A DNA stretch of 63,930 bases, from contig NC_068988.1 in NCBI RefSeq assembly GCF_001194135.2, positions 17,513,359 through 17,577,288 of the forward strand. Direction: 5' to 3'. Under the pieces are notes generated by a model. The model saw only the letters and a list, made by a program, of their open reading frames with translations, searched no databases and was not told the DNA's origin. This stretch comes from Octopus bimaculoides. Taxonomy: Eukaryota. Below are positions 12,912 through 27,159 of this stretch, piece after piece (position 1 is the first letter of the stretch; each line of letters starts with the position of its first letter). A program made the translations under genes and the position numbers.

Positions 12912-13350
12912 CGCTGAAATATTGAGAAATGTGAATTTACTCTTTCCAGGTTACAAGTTTAGATTTATACCTATAATTATTGGGACCCTTGGATGTGTAA
13001 CACAGCGTAAATACCAAGCTTCAGAAATTAGGCTTTTCAAAACTAGAAAGGAGAAAGCTAATTCGAAGACTACAGACTCAATCCATCAATAAAACTGTAA
13101 ATATCTGTAAAATTTTCCAGACGTTTATCATTTAATTATATATGAGCAAGTCTAGATATGCAATTATATGCATGGGAAGACATGCATAAAGCAAAACCTA
13201 CACATCTCCACATATACCTACAAACAAAAATACCCTGTTGTTGAGGTTGAAATGCTAATGAAAGAGCCTTGAACGTAGATTAGAAACCGGTTCTTTCTCT
13301 ATTGGCATGACATTTTGAAATGAAGCTGAACAATGACATACATGCATACA
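12912..13350 (+). mobile_element. RLE-type non-LTR retrotransposon 3' end, copy 2, tandem to copy 1
   Basis: YAEILRNVNLLFPGYKFRFIPIIIGTLG..; same 3' UTR ending AATGACATACATGCATAC. Confidence 0.8.
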
Positions 13351-13660
13351 TGTAATATCTATACGTCTATATTTGCGAGTGTGTTTTTAGCTAGTTATAA
13401 CAGTCAAAACAGCTATTCCCCATAAGTGATTTCAGAAAGGCAATACATTCACACGTATATGAAAGGCTACGGTTCTGTAAATACCAATTCTCTGGGATAT
13501 TTTATTTGATTATGGCTTATCGGTTATATACGGCATCACACAGTGTGTTTTGCGTATCTTCATGAGATCAAGACACCTTTACGCACAAATGTTTACACCC
13601 GATTATATCCTGCACAGTGTATGAAACATTAAGTTTCGTCTGAAATTATTTCAACCGAAT

Positions 13661-13884
13661 TAAGGCGGCAGGGAGCTGGCAGAATCATTAGCTCTCGGGG
13701 CAAAAATGTTTAGCGTCATTTCGCCCGTCGCTACGTTCTGAGTTCAAATTCCGCTGAGGTTGACTTTGCCTTTCATCCGTGCGGTGTCCATAAAATAAGT
13801 ACTAGTGGAACAGTGGGGTCGCTGCAATCGACTTAACCCCGTTCCCTAAATTACTAGCTTGTGCCAAAATTTGAAATCATTATT
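13661..13884 (+). mobile_element. tRNA-derived SINE family B, full length
   Basis: AAGGCGG..GAGCTGGCAGAATC head, CTGAGTTCAAATTCC B box, TTGCCTTTCATCC..ATAAAATAAGTAC core, tail GTGCCAAAATTTGAAATCATT. Confidence 0.9.
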
Positions 13885-15049
13885 TCAACCGGACAGTTTC
13901 ATTATGCCTTCTGAAGAAAGTAAAATTCACATTTAAAAAACCATTATCTTAATATTTTGATTCTACTTTTAATATTGAGTTTTCCCACCTGTGAACATTC
14001 AGTTTTTCTTCCTACACTTCCATGAAAGTAACAACCTTAAATTAACATCTGCCTATATATGCATATATGGGCTTGTCAGTTGGTAAGTTACTAGAAAATT
14101 TTAGAAAATGCTGATGACGTATTCTTTTCCATTCCTTTTTTTAAATTTTTTTTTTTTCGTATAATACATTCTGATAAAATATTCGTATGCCATTAAGATA
14201 TTGCAGTCAATTGAATTTACTATAACGTTTCGCTAATTGGAATTGACTTTGAAAATAATCTATATAATCATCAATATACTACCGCCTCTGTTGTTGCTGC
14301 TGCTACCACTACAACTGCTGCTACTACCACTACAACTGCTGCTGCTACTACTACTAATATCTAATAATGATATAACCAGAATCAAAATCAATAATAATGA
14401 GGAGGAGGATGATTATCATAATATTAATAATAATAGCAACAACTACTGTAGCTACAAAACCACTAGAAAATATATAAAAAAAAATGTTCGGAAGTAATAT
14501 TTTAGAGAGGTTAAATTAATACTTACAATTGAATTAGATGCTAAAAATAAGGGAATATATTGCAATACTCTGGTGGTTTCAATAATAAATTATAGTTATA
14601 ATATTTTCAGCTGGAGGCTAAGTGAATCAGTTAGAGATTAGATAGAGAACATGACAGCATTTAAAATAGAACATATAATAGCATCATTTAAATGCACCAG
14701 GTTATGAAGATACAGGTTTATCGTATTTAGCGCGAACTGAGACAGCTAGTAGAATTATGGTATTAGAGAAATCTTTTAATACGAGGAATCTACTTCAGTT
14801 GGAGTTAGTGAACTAGTGGGTTTCTTTTTTGTTTTTGCTTTTTTTTTCGTTTAATCAAGAAGAAAGTGTTTTCTCGTGACCCTTTATAGGCGTTCTGAGA
14901 CTGCCGGATTATTGGCTGAAAGGTAACTTCCCACTGAAGATCTGGACTGAATGCTTCCAGCACTGTGACCGCTGCTAAAATTATACACGATTCAGATAGT
15001 GATATAATTCGGTATATTTTGAAATTTGAACAGAAAATGCAAAGAGTCG

Positions 15050-15210
15050 GCACAAATACTGCAAGTAGTTCAGTTTCGACGTCAATACAATTTTAAGATC
15101 CCCGAAATTATGAAATCAAGGTTGATTTTCGCGGTATTTAAATTTAGAATGTAGACCATTAGAGCAAATGCCATGGGGCATTCTTAACAATGCTCTAACA
15201 ACTGTCGCAA
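15050..15210 (-). mobile_element. Decayed SINE family B
   Basis: Reverse-complement similarity (CCCCGAAATTATGAAATCAAGGTTGAT..TAAATTTAGAATGTAG). Confidence 0.5.
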
Positions 15211-15442
15211 CTATTGGCCTGATAAGATAATATCCAGCTTATGTGGTTTTACTTAATTCAAACATACTCCCCTAGCATTCAGATTATTCTGTTAAATGCA
15301 ATGCTTATTTATTCAAATGGTGTTGAATCATGCATTATTTTGTAGCTTCATTTTACAATGATATTATAGGGTAGGTTTGAAAAGCCAGATTCAGCAGGTT
15401 ATAAGAAAACAATACCGGTGGAATATTTGACTTGATATGACT

Positions 15443-15583
15443 GACTGGTTCAGCAAAAGAGGCCGATAGAATAAGTACTAGGCTTACGAAGAATAGGTCC
15501 AGGAATCGATTTGTTCAACCAGAGGCGGTGTTTCAGCATTGCTGCAGTCAAATGCCTAGAACAAGTAAAAGAGTAAAAGAATA
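15443..15583 (+). mobile_element. SINE family A, 3' part with (AAGAGT)n-like tail
   Basis: CCGATAGAATAAGTACTAGGCTT..GGCGGTG..CAGCAT..GCAGTCAAATG..AACAAGTAAAAGAGTAAAAGAATA. Confidence 0.8.
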
Positions 15584-16304
15584 AAAAAAATACTGATTAT
15601 AGTTTTGCTTATATGTCTAGGTATCATCATCGTCATCGTAATTTGAGAGTATTGAAGAAGTACGTAGTTCTTAACTATTGAAATAGTTTAAATGCGATTC
15701 TGAAGCCAATAACTTTTCAGAGAGGGAACACGTTTCTGAAATTCGTAAACTGTTTTAATATAAGACTTCACAGAATCAGATATAAATTCATCTAACGAAT
15801 GTGTGGACCATTGTTATTCCATTATGAATGTCCTATTCTTGGTCATGCATCCTATAGATAATTAAATAAATAAATAAATAAATAAATACATAAAATAAGA
15901 AACATTAACTAAAGAAAAATAGTTTTCATTTTCAAGAACGCTTAACAAAATGGAGCAAATGCATAAATCTAATGATACTAACATTCAAAATGTGTAGATT
16001 GAAAGGGATACATATATCATAATTGTTGCTTTGGGAATAAATAGAAACTACTCATGATTAGAAAACCATAGAAATTACATATCTACTGAATATCAGAGGA
16101 ATTTTACAAGATACAAAAACATACAGACAGCGTTGCAGCCAAGTATTAAACACTTATTAAGCACTCAATACACGCGGAGATGTGCTCAGTTAAGTAGGGA
16201 AATCAAACAGTAACAGAAAAAAATCTTAAAACGTGATAATAATAATGATAATACTACTACTACTAATAATAATAATAATGATAATAATAATAATGATAAT
16301 AATA

Positions 16305-16546
16305 ACAAGGGAGCTTTTGAACGGGATGGGCTACTCGATCTGAAGAAAATTCTAACTGGGCCCCACCTGCGAGATCAGGCGCTGTTTATCTTGATATGAG
16401 ATCACCATGTCGCGCACACATATGGTTGTGATGCATGCGCCTAGTGTACCCTTATCAGACGGGTAGTGGTGATGGGTATACTGGGCTTCGTATATTTTAC
16501 GCCAGTGTCACTTTGATGGCATGCACTGCTCCCTCACTCAATAATA
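16305..16546 (+). mobile_element. SINE/LINE 3'-tail family E ending in (AAT)n
   Basis: ATCAGACGGGTAGT..GATGGGTATACTGGGCTTC..TATTTTAC.CCAGTGTCACTTTGATGGCATGCACTGCTC..TCACTCAATAAT; an inverted homolog lies at 31768-31858. Confidence 0.7.
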
Positions 16547-17730
16547 ACGATGATGATGATGATGATGATGATATTATTATTATTATTATTATTATTGTGA
16601 TACCAGTAATAAAAATATCAACATTGACTATGATTTGTGAAGACACATATGAACTGTAAATATAAACTCTAAACTGTATGATAATAAATCCACATGGTTT
16701 TTTTCCCCTTAGAATGAAAAAAACTAAAATTATATTCATGGTAAATGTTAGACGACAATAAACCGATGATATTTCAATGCAGTTCTAACTCAATAAAGAG
16801 GACATTTTTTATACAGACTCCGTATCTCTTCGGCTATTCTATATAATACAAACGGTATTGTTATACTTGCTGGATTCAACTAATGCACTGCTTACAAACA
16901 AATGACTAACATTTACTTCCCTTATATAGATGTGTCAAAACAATGTACAAAGAAAACGCCCAAATGAAACAGAGAAAATTAAACTAACACGAATTCAGTA
17001 GTGATGTAAAAATGCTAATAACATGACAAATACATCAGCGTGAAAATGGAAAATTGATTAAATATCCACATATTATGTGAGATTAAAACACTGACAGTAG
17101 AGAAATAGAATAGAACTATAGAAGTAGTTTGGGCGAAGATAAATATATGATACAACACTAGGGCATAATGGAGAAAATTAAAAATGTCAAAAGTACAAAT
17201 TTAAAAGATAGCTATAACCTGAAGCTCTCATAGAGTAGATTGAAAATTAAATTAATTGAAATGTTTTGATATGTAAGGCAGAATTTTATCGAATTTGGTG
17301 CCAAATATCATAAAGCTCGTATAGATATGTTATATGTATCAGGTGTACAATTGAGTAGGAAGGTGATACAAACAGAGAACTAAGAGCAATGCACCCAATG
17401 AACGTAGTAAAGCACTTAGTATATAACCACGGTATTACTGGTTGGAGTAATTGGTGGAGTGATGTCGAATACTGACATATTGTTTGAAATTTTGGAAGTA
17501 AGTTATAGTTATTTGGATTATCCTCAGTATTTCACTGGTAATTATTTTATCGAGCCTTCAGAAGAAAGAAAAGCAAATTTGGTCACGGCCATATTTGAAC
17601 TTAGAAAATATATGGAGGTGAAGAAATACTGCAAAGACTTTAGCCTGGCGCTTAACCAATTTAGTGTCATCTGTATGAGGAAATTCTACTTTTCAGAGAA
17701 GACATTAATGCGTTGTGAAGGATCGTGTTC

Positions 17731-17906
17731 TATAGTATGCTATACAATGTTCTATAGTATGCTATACAATGTTTTATAGTATGCTATACAATGTTTTATA
17801 GTATGCTATACAATGTTTTATAGTATGCTATACAAGGTTTTATAGTATGCTATACAAGGTTTTATAGTATGCTATACAATGTTTTATAGTATGCTATACA
17901 ATGTTT
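17731..17906. repeat. Minisatellite, 8 x 22 bp (TATAGTATGCTATACAATGTTT)
   Basis: Counted directly; near-identical units. Confidence 0.95.
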
Positions 17907-20359
17907 TTCGACAGATATGATATAGTGAATAATAATCCAGCAACTTGACGCTAAAATTAGAGTTGTTGACATAAATTTTTCATGTGATCCGTTTACGTAT
18001 TTGAAAACATTATTTCCAAGAAACATCAGTTTACATGTTTTGAGAGCATTGGCCCTGATCACAGGCTGATGAACAATATTGAGGTAAACAAATGATACGA
18101 TAGATGGCATTAGTCTGCTCGAAATCCATTAATTTCATTAAGAAATAATATCGCCTACAACACTCAAGAGAATTTTTTTTTTATTCTAACATCTAAACAG
18201 TTATATATAAAAATTATATATATAAAATTTTCGTCATATATATATAATTTCTTACTTTCTAACATATACTTGTGTATATATGCGTGTGTGTGTGTGTGTG
18301 TGTGTGCCTGTGATTGTGTAAGACAGAGGGAATGAGAGGTAACTGAGAAACACACGTGGAAGAATTAGCTCTACAATTTGAAAGCTCATGTCTTTCACAG
18401 AAATATGATAACCGAGCGAAATTGAGTAATTTATTAAGACATATAATAAATTTTAGAAGTAAAGACTCTCTTGTTATGAATATTTATAAGTCTTTATCTT
18501 TATTTTCCACATAATAACCGCCCATTTCCTAAGCCAGCAATTCTTGGTTGGTTCTTGATATATCGCAGAAAAAGGAAAATTAACATAAAATTCAAGAATA
18601 GTGTCGTCGCGTATTAACGGAGGTTGCGAAGTAACAGTAAGATATTGATTTCTGACTTCAATTTATGTCACGTTCCTTTTCCTTGTTTTATACCGATATT
18701 TGTAAGTTTATGAGATATAATAATCAATACTAAAGGAATAGAAAAATGTTATATCATATAAATATTAGTCATGTTTATAATTAATAAGCTAAGTTGCTCT
18801 CTGTAAGAGTTGCTGGCGACTAAAGTATCAGGAAAAATAAGTATAAACAAGAAATTAAGGGTTTGAATTGTAAAGAATTAGGATATCAAATGTTTTTCAT
18901 GTAAAAAATTTTCACAATCTTTATAGCAATTAAATATATTTTATGGAATAAAATCAATAGAAATCCTTGTCTTATCGTATACAATCTAGTGACATTGAAA
19001 TATCATTATGATATAAGAGATATATTCATAACAATTGTTTTGATTCAAAAGGTTGCTTTATTTCAACGTGGCAATAGCAAACTTTATTTAAACAATACAG
19101 AATAAATTTTTTAAAGTGAATATGATCTATGCAAATATGTGTGTGTCTGTGAGTATGTGTGAGTGGGTGTGGTGAGACTGTGTATATGCATGTACATGTG
19201 TATGCGTGTATGTTTATATACGTGTGCCTATATATGTGTGTTTCAATTTATTCAATCGAATTCATTTTCAAGTCTATTTAATACCACTTCATACTTACTG
19301 TACTAATAACTATGTTAGTTGAACAATTAACACTATTAAATATTATATTGAGTTACTATTCACAGACTTTGAAAATAAACTTAACCAAACCCTGGTTTGT
19401 TCAGGCCTGAATACACCTGTTTGTTTTGAGATGACAGCAGTACTGGACGCAGCCTCCTTGTGGACACACAACGCTCGAACGTGCTGTTTGTGAAAGATAC
19501 TAATTTTGATAAATATCTCAAAATAAGAAGACAGTCATTATATTGTCGCTCAGTCTAATAGAAAGGGAAGCTACATTTTCCATAAACTTCTCCGTACCTT
19601 TCTATGACTCCTAAATTCTTGTTAGATTCGTGCAAATTCTTCAAAACAAGCTGTCCCTCCTAACTGCTCTAATAATTACTGCATTTCAAACACATCAATA
19701 TCTCCGCCCACATTCTCATTAACATACTAACATACACAACACAGCCAATAATTTGCTCAATCACGATCCATTTTTCACCCACGCATACTATTCACAAACA
19801 CTCACTCATGTAAGTGACTGATTTCTACTCTCACACGAAGGAAACCTCGAGGAGGTATGCGTATTTGTTCCCCATTCATGCAATCCACAAACACTTCCGA
19901 AGCTACATGCGTTTTTCCATATATGCTTGTTTGTGCATGTCAGTGATTAGTGTATAACTGTGAACATGATTAGTAATTTGCAAATATAAATTTTTAGTCT
20001 GTATTGTTAAACAACAAGTGAATGGCACCCAGAAATCATGCTGAATTGATTGGAGATGATTAAATTACCAAAAACAGTAACGTACACAATATTGCTGCAA
20101 ACACCATCTATGAATTATATGGGATACAGTTTCTGCTTTTCCCATACTCAAGTAACGGATGTGCTTTTAATAGTTCAAACGACCTCTGAATGGTTACATA
20201 CATTACAAATTGTAGAGAAAGGCTTTAGTTTGTTTATGTTTTAAATAAGGACTGATATTTCAGTACTTGAATGTGGCTGAGTGTTTATGCATATCTGTCT
20301 GCCTCTATGTATGTATGTATGTATGTATGTATGTATGTATGTATTATTGACTATCTTCA

Positions 20360-20820
20360 AAAGAGCCCCACGATCGACAGAGAATACTATGTCGTCTGGC
20401 TGAGGCAATTATGAAAGGTTTTCAAGACAAAACACCAAGAAAAATTGACGGAAGAGCTCTTGTTTCATGAGAAAAATTCTCCAGGCCTTGGTTTCAATGG
20501 TTTCTGAGTATTACTGTGGCTTTGAACTGGTTCATCAGCCTCCCTACTTTCATGTTTTGGCCCCATCTGACAATCGTCTGCTCCCTAACATGAAACAACA
20601 CTTGGCTGAGAAACAGTATCTTAGTGAAGGCGGTGGTATCTCTGCTGTTGATGACTTCTTTTTACTAAACGGATGAAAGCTTCTTCATCAGTGGAAACGA
20701 ACCACAACCTCACCGATGGAAGAAATGAATGGACTGAGGGGGGATATTTTGAAAAATAAACCTCATTTGGTCACATTTTATGAGAGTATCCATAGTTAGA
20801 CTATCAACTTTTCAGCAATT
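20360..20820 (+). mobile_element. Mariner transposase remnant, C-terminal catalytic region and 3' end
   Basis: CGFELVHQPPYFHVLAPSDNRLLPNMKQHLA..Y.S...ISAVDDFF resembles the mariner HPPYSPDLAPSD motif; frameshifted. Confidence 0.85.
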
Positions 20821-22553
20821 CTAATGTATGTATGTATGTATATATGTGTGTATGTATGTATGTATGTATGTATGTATGTATGTATGTATGTATGTGCTTG
20901 TTTAAGAACTTGAGACGCTTCAAAACTATCTCGTCGGTACAATTCATTACGACATTTATGATAGAATGGTAGATGTACTGATATGCTTATCCATGAATAT
21001 TCTGCGGGAGGTGAGGAACTCTTTCCATAAGCTATAATAATGTTTCAAACACAATATACCAGTTCAGTAAAAAGAAAAATAGGATTACTGCATGAATGTC
21101 GCAGAAATATATTGAATTATTCAAAATCTTTGAATATAACGAATATTGATTATAACTCGACGATCTATTTTATTCTTCGAAATCCGTATCAAAAGCACAG
21201 CAAAGCGAGAAGTCTCAGGTTTCAAGTGGTTAAGAATATCTCACATCTAGCAATGAAAAATGAAATAGATCATAAGTATTCCCCTAAGCGTTTCATCTAA
21301 AATAATCTTGAGAATTTATAGAGAGCGTCTCCCAACTGAAGCGCTGTTGCTACCCACTGTTTTCTGTCGAAAGTTTTATATGTATGTACGGATGTATGTA
21401 TGTATATATGTATGTGTGTGTGCGCGCGTGCGATGTCTGTGTGTCTGCGTGTGTCAAAACGCTATTAATTGTAAAATCTTGCAATTACGAGTAGATTACG
21501 TTTTGCTGATGTGGCTTTAATAGAATCCAACTATTTCTGGATTTGTCATAGTAGTTCGAAATATTAGCCTCACCCCTCTCTACAGTTTACATCTAATTAA
21601 TTAAAACTTAGGGATTATCTTCCCAGCCGTTTTTTCTAGCATTATTCAATCAGATAATTATTTCCCAACACACTCGAATTGTGATATTAATTAATATTTC
21701 TTGTCGTCTCACATCAAGTATGCTAGCGGCCATATTACTACTTCAAGTGATAGCGAGTTCAAAAATATACGGGGAAGCTACTTAATCTCCTTGTTAGAAG
21801 GACCCGTGAATATTTCCCTGAATTAAAGGTAAACTTATTGGATTATTTTTGAAAACGTTATCTAAAAAACCTGAAAGCGTATCCTGTGTTGTGTATGTAT
21901 TAAAAGATAGTCACTCATCCGCTACTCATTGAAAAGTGCAAGAAATTGGAATACCATGATTACTTAATATACTTTATACATACACTTTATATACTTTATG
22001 TACAATTTTATAGATTTAATACCCAACACTCTGCCTCTTTCTGTCTCACTCTTCGCCTTATCCTCTTTTTCTCTATCTTTTTTCTCTCGCTCTTCGCCTT
22101 TTCTTTCAACTAATCACGTGAAAGCGTTTCGGAAGAGCTAGGTAACAGACAAAAGGTCTTAGTTAAAATTAAAAACTTTCACATTTTACATAGTAAAACG
22201 TCTCCCTAGATTTCCATGTAGTAGAAATATTATTACTTATTCTAACAAAGAGAAGCTTATTTCTAGATCAGTACCCATATACATAATTCTCGTACATAAT
22301 TCTGTATTTATACATTTATTCTGACGAAACATTACATGGCATAAATTACTTCTACAATTTCCTAAATAGAGAAATGCTTAATTTTAATTTGTTCTCGATT
22401 GAGTTGAAATGATACAATGATGCAATCATGCACATGTTACGTCACTATTTAAACACTAGAACATATACAAATGTACGCCTACTAATGTCAGCATGTATTC
22501 GTTGGAATGTATGAATACATACATTACGTATGTACACACTCATACATACACAC

Positions 22554-22647
<94 letters not shown>

Positions 22648-25019
22648 CAGAGGGAGAGAGAGAGATAGTTTTATTTCTTATACAACTAGACTCAACACTA
22701 CCTAAGCATGTTATTATATTTCATCTTTCATAATCATTTTATGAATATCCGAAACAGTTATGTGAGATGGATTCCATATAGTCTCCTGTAACAACATAAT
22801 ATTCATATGTTACTACCTTTCTGATGTATTCTTCTTTTTGCACCGAAGAGAATGGTAATATGGGATTAAATGAATTTAATTATAATTATAATTAATTAAA
22901 TTTTTCCATGTTTCTTACATGATGGTGTTACCATTTGAAACGATTGTATGCTTGGATTAAAATTTTATAGAACTTTAAATATCTTCTCTTCTCCATTTCT
23001 GTTTCTTGTGTTTATATAGGATACGTGTTCTATAAATGCTCATAACCCACGTTATACTTATATATNNNNNNNNNNNNNNNNNNNNNNNNNNNNNNNNNNN
23101 NNNNNNNNNNNNNNNNNNNNNNNNNNNNNNNNNNNNNNNNNNNNNNNNNNNNNNNNNNNNNNNNNNNNNNNNNNNNNNNNNNNNNNNNNNNNNNNNNNNN
23201 NNNNNNNNNNNNNNNNNNNNNNNNNNNNNNNNNNTATATATATATATATATATTGAACAGACGAGATGCAGAGATTCTTGGTGTTAAAAAGAAACATTCT
23301 GTACCGCTCGAATGATTCGAACTTAGACTCCGATGTCTTTACCAGGAGCCGATTCCGTGATATAAAGAATTGTTATAAGAGGAATCTAGGTGAACAGATG
23401 TGGAATTACTTATGCGGATAAATCAATTAAATATACAGAAAAGATAGACAAAAAAATATATATGTATACATGTAAAAGGTTCACTGATCGAACTTGCGCC
23501 CTTAAGATCCTGAATGAAATAACTTAACCACTAAGTTGACGCTAAGAATCATTTCATAAATTACTATTTCAAAAGGGGTTTATTCCGTGCACTGCAGTTA
23601 TTTATTAAACTCAAGTACATAGGAACACTTTATCGCCTCAAGTAGAATTAGACTAACAATCATGTATTTCTGATACGCTCTGTACCTAACCAACATGTTA
23701 GGAAAAGCTGTTGCATTTCCTCTTAATCACTGATATTAAAATCAACTATTTCACGCATGGTTTCAGACCTTTGAATTTATTTTTCATAAGCAATAATTAA
23801 TAGGCACCAATTTATATAGATAATTTGTAACCATAGAAACGACTAAAATGATGGATACTATAATGTCTTTAAAAACTAAATATCCTACCGATATATTTGA
23901 TTTCCTTATTTTAATTTATATGACAGCAGCTAAACTAATATTGATTATTGAAATTTCCACTTAATTTAATACTGGTTTATCAATAATGCACAAAGCCAAT
24001 ATTGGAGGAACTAAAGAGAAGTAAGAATGGAATAGGTGGAATTTCTACTAGTATATTACTTCCAGTTAATTGTAAGTGAATAGAAAGAAAAATTCAACCA
24101 TGAATGGTCTAATGCCACAAACTTAAAATACAGAATGATAGGAGTAGATACTAGTGAAGTGTTTCGACTATTTCCAGCCATTAACATTTCTCAGGTGATT
24201 GCTAAACCCTGATGCATGAAGAACATGTGTATAGAGTAGAGAAGATTATAGCATTAAAACAAAGACTAGATGATTGAAAGTATTCAGTTACTATACTACT
24301 TGGCTCAGACATTACGTTTCAACAGTGTTAGTTATCTTCATTTATTCCGATGGTGTTGATTTAAACAAATACGGCAATTTCTACTCCAATTGAATTCATC
24401 ACGTTCCTAAAAATAGTCTTTGGGCTAGCAACATGCAATCGATATATTTCTGAATGCATGTCTAAGCCGACTCTAAATCTATTTTGTTTCTTTAAAATTT
24501 CGTTTATTCGTTTGTGTACTCTATTAGAGTTGGCAAGGAAACCTTAACACGTGATATAAAGTGAAAATGTTAAGGGACGTTAAGTTAAATATGCATGAAA
24601 TGAACGTATGTATATGTGTGTGTGCATGTGTGTGAACATATATATATATNNNNNNNNNNNNNNNNNNNNNNNNNNNNNNNNNNNNNNNNNNNNNNNNNNN
24701 NNNNNNNNNNNNNNNNNNNNNNNNNNNNNNNNNNNNNNNNNNNNNNNNNNNNNNNNNNNNNNNNNNNNNNNNNNNNNNNNNNNNNNNNNNNNNNNNNNNN
24801 NNNNNNNNNNNNNNNNNNNNNNNNNNNNNNNNNNNNNNNNNNNNNNNNNNNNNNNNNNNNNNNNNNNNNNNNNNNNNNNNNNNNNNNNNNNNNNNNNNNN
24901 NNNNNNNNNNNNNNNNNNNNNNNNNNNNNNNNNNNNNNNNNNNNNNNNNNNNNNNNNNNNNNNNNNNNNNNNNNNNNNNNNNNNNNNNNNNNNNNNNNNN
25001 NNNNNNNNNNNNNNNNNNN

Positions 25020-25060
<41 letters not shown>

Positions 25061-25490
25061 GCGTATATATTTATCGGCGTACAGACACATTCAAACATAT
25101 ACATAAGCATATGCATATTTACTGACATATATGCGTACGCATGTGTGTGAAAGTACAATCTTTTAGGCAACAAAACATTATACCAGTTTCCTTTGATTGA
25201 AAGGGAGATTGCTCTTTTTGTACAATATGGAATGAATATATTAGAACATTAACTGGGCAAATATGTAGCATTCATCTTTAGCAATAGATGTAAGTAGAAT
25301 ACCCCATAAAAATTTATGATCTTATACAATTCACAACAGTTCTGTCTATTGCAGGTTTACCAAAACCTGCATATATTTGTGGGGTTAAAAATGTATGAAC
25401 TAACACTTACTTTTAACAATGGTATTTTATTAGATAGTTATTCTATCTCGGACTCAAATAATGTAGAATTAATCCTCAAAATATACAATA

Positions 25491-25660
25491 AGTGGCTCTG
25501 TGGTAAGTAGCTTGCTTACCAACAACATGGTTCCGGGTTCATTCCTACTGCGTGGCAGCTTGGGCAAGTGTCTTCTACCATAGCCTCGGGCCAACCAAAG
25601 CCTTGTGAGTGGATTTGGTAGACGGAAACTGAAAGAAGCCAGTCGCATATATATATACAT
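25491..25660 (+). mobile_element. SINE family A, 5' half
   Basis: Near-identical to 5613-5790. Confidence 0.9.
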
Positions 25661-25705
25661 ATATATATCATAATAAATATAAGGGATTAGCAATTGAGTA
25701 ATAAT

Positions 25706-25811
25706 AGAATTAACAATTAACAATTTTGCCAAGTAGTTCAGTATGAGATAAACCTTTATAAAGGTTTATCTCATACTGAACTACTTGGCAAAATTGTTAA
25801 TTGTTAATTCT
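25706..25811. repeat. Perfect 106-bp palindrome (53-bp arms, no spacer) ending at a gap edge
   Basis: Centre between 25758 and 25759 (AACCTTTA|TAAAGGTT); arms are exact reverse complements. Confidence 0.95.
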
Positions 25812-27159
25812 NNNNNNNNNNNNNNNNNNNNNNNNNNNNNNNNNNNNNNNNNNNNNNNNNNNNNNNNNNNNNNNNNNNNNNNNNNNNNNNNNNNNNNNNN
25901 NNNNNNNNNNNNNNNNNNNNNNNNNNNNNNNNNNNNNNNNNNNNNNNNNNNNNNNNNNNNNNNNNNNNNNNNNNNNNNNNNNNNNNNNNNNNNNNNNNNN
26001 NNNNNNNNNNNNNNNNNNNNNNNNNNNNNNNNNNNNNNNNNNNNNNNNNNNNNNNNNNNNNNNNNNNNNNNNNNNNNNNNNNNNNNNNNNNNNNNNNNNN
26101 NNNNNNNNNNNNNNNNNNNNNNNNNNNNNNNNNNNNNNNNNNNNNNNNNNNNNNNNNNNNNNNNNNNNNNNNNNNNNNNNNNNNNNNNNNNNNNNNNNNN
26201 NNNNNNNNNNNNNNNNNNNNNNNNNNNNNNNNNNNNNNNNNNNNNNNNNNNNNNNNNNNNNNNNNNNNNNNNNNNNNNNNNNNNNNNNNNNNNNNNNNNN
26301 NNNNNNNNNNNNNNNNNNNNNNNNNNNNNNNNNNNNNNNNNNNNNNNNNNNNNNNNNNNNNNNNNNNNNNNNNNNNNNNNNNNNNNNNNNNNNNNNNNNN
26401 NNNNNNNNNNNNNNNNNNNNNNNNNNNNNNNNNNNNNNNNNNNNNNNNNNNNNNNNNNNNNNNNNNNNNNNTTGCAGGTTTACATGAGCATAGTGTGTTT
26501 GTCAACTGCGCAATAACATAAATTAAATTTTGTTGATTTGTATAATTGCAGAGTCGGCCTAAAGAAAGGAAAAGATTAGTCTTAGAAAATGTGACCTGCG
26601 AATTAGATGAGAAAACAAGAACATGCGATTGAAAGTAGCTATTATAACATTACAACTGTTGGAACCATTTCTGAATGCGATATTCAAAAACTTGAGTGGC
26701 ATTGGAGAATAGAGAAGGACAGAGGAGACGCAGAAGACTTCTATTCATTATTCCAAAAGACTCTTTCATTGAGCCATGCCACTCAATCAGAAGATTCCGA
26801 GAAACAAGTTCACTGATCATGATGATCACGACGGCATCGATGATGAGAGTAATGATGGTGACGATGACGAAGACGACGACGTCGACGACGACGACGACGA
26901 TGATGATGATGATGATTCAAAATAATAAACGATGCTTCATTTAAGCTTCGTGGAGTTAGAACATGCGACATAAATGTTACAGGGGATGACGAAGCGACTA
27001 TATTCTGGGATATAGATACCAAAATAAGATGTGAGATTTAAGTGTAATGAGCTGGATTATTTTCAACAACGACACATTATGGTTTGAAAATCTACTCAGA
27101 GGTGGAAGGCACCGCTTTCATCTATTCTCACCTTCACCTCGATAGGGACGTTACACATA

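Noticed and set aside
17459-17720. 106-aa ORF MMSNTDILFEIL..
   Set aside because: Runs into the minisatellite, has no family motif and no convincing splice sites; possibly decayed LINE.
24175-24200. Weaker AG|GT juxtapositions (24194 +, ~610 -, ~43702 -)
   Set aside because: Either the pyrimidine tract is short or the donor is poor (GTGATT, GTAGAG); expected by chance in AT-rich DNA.
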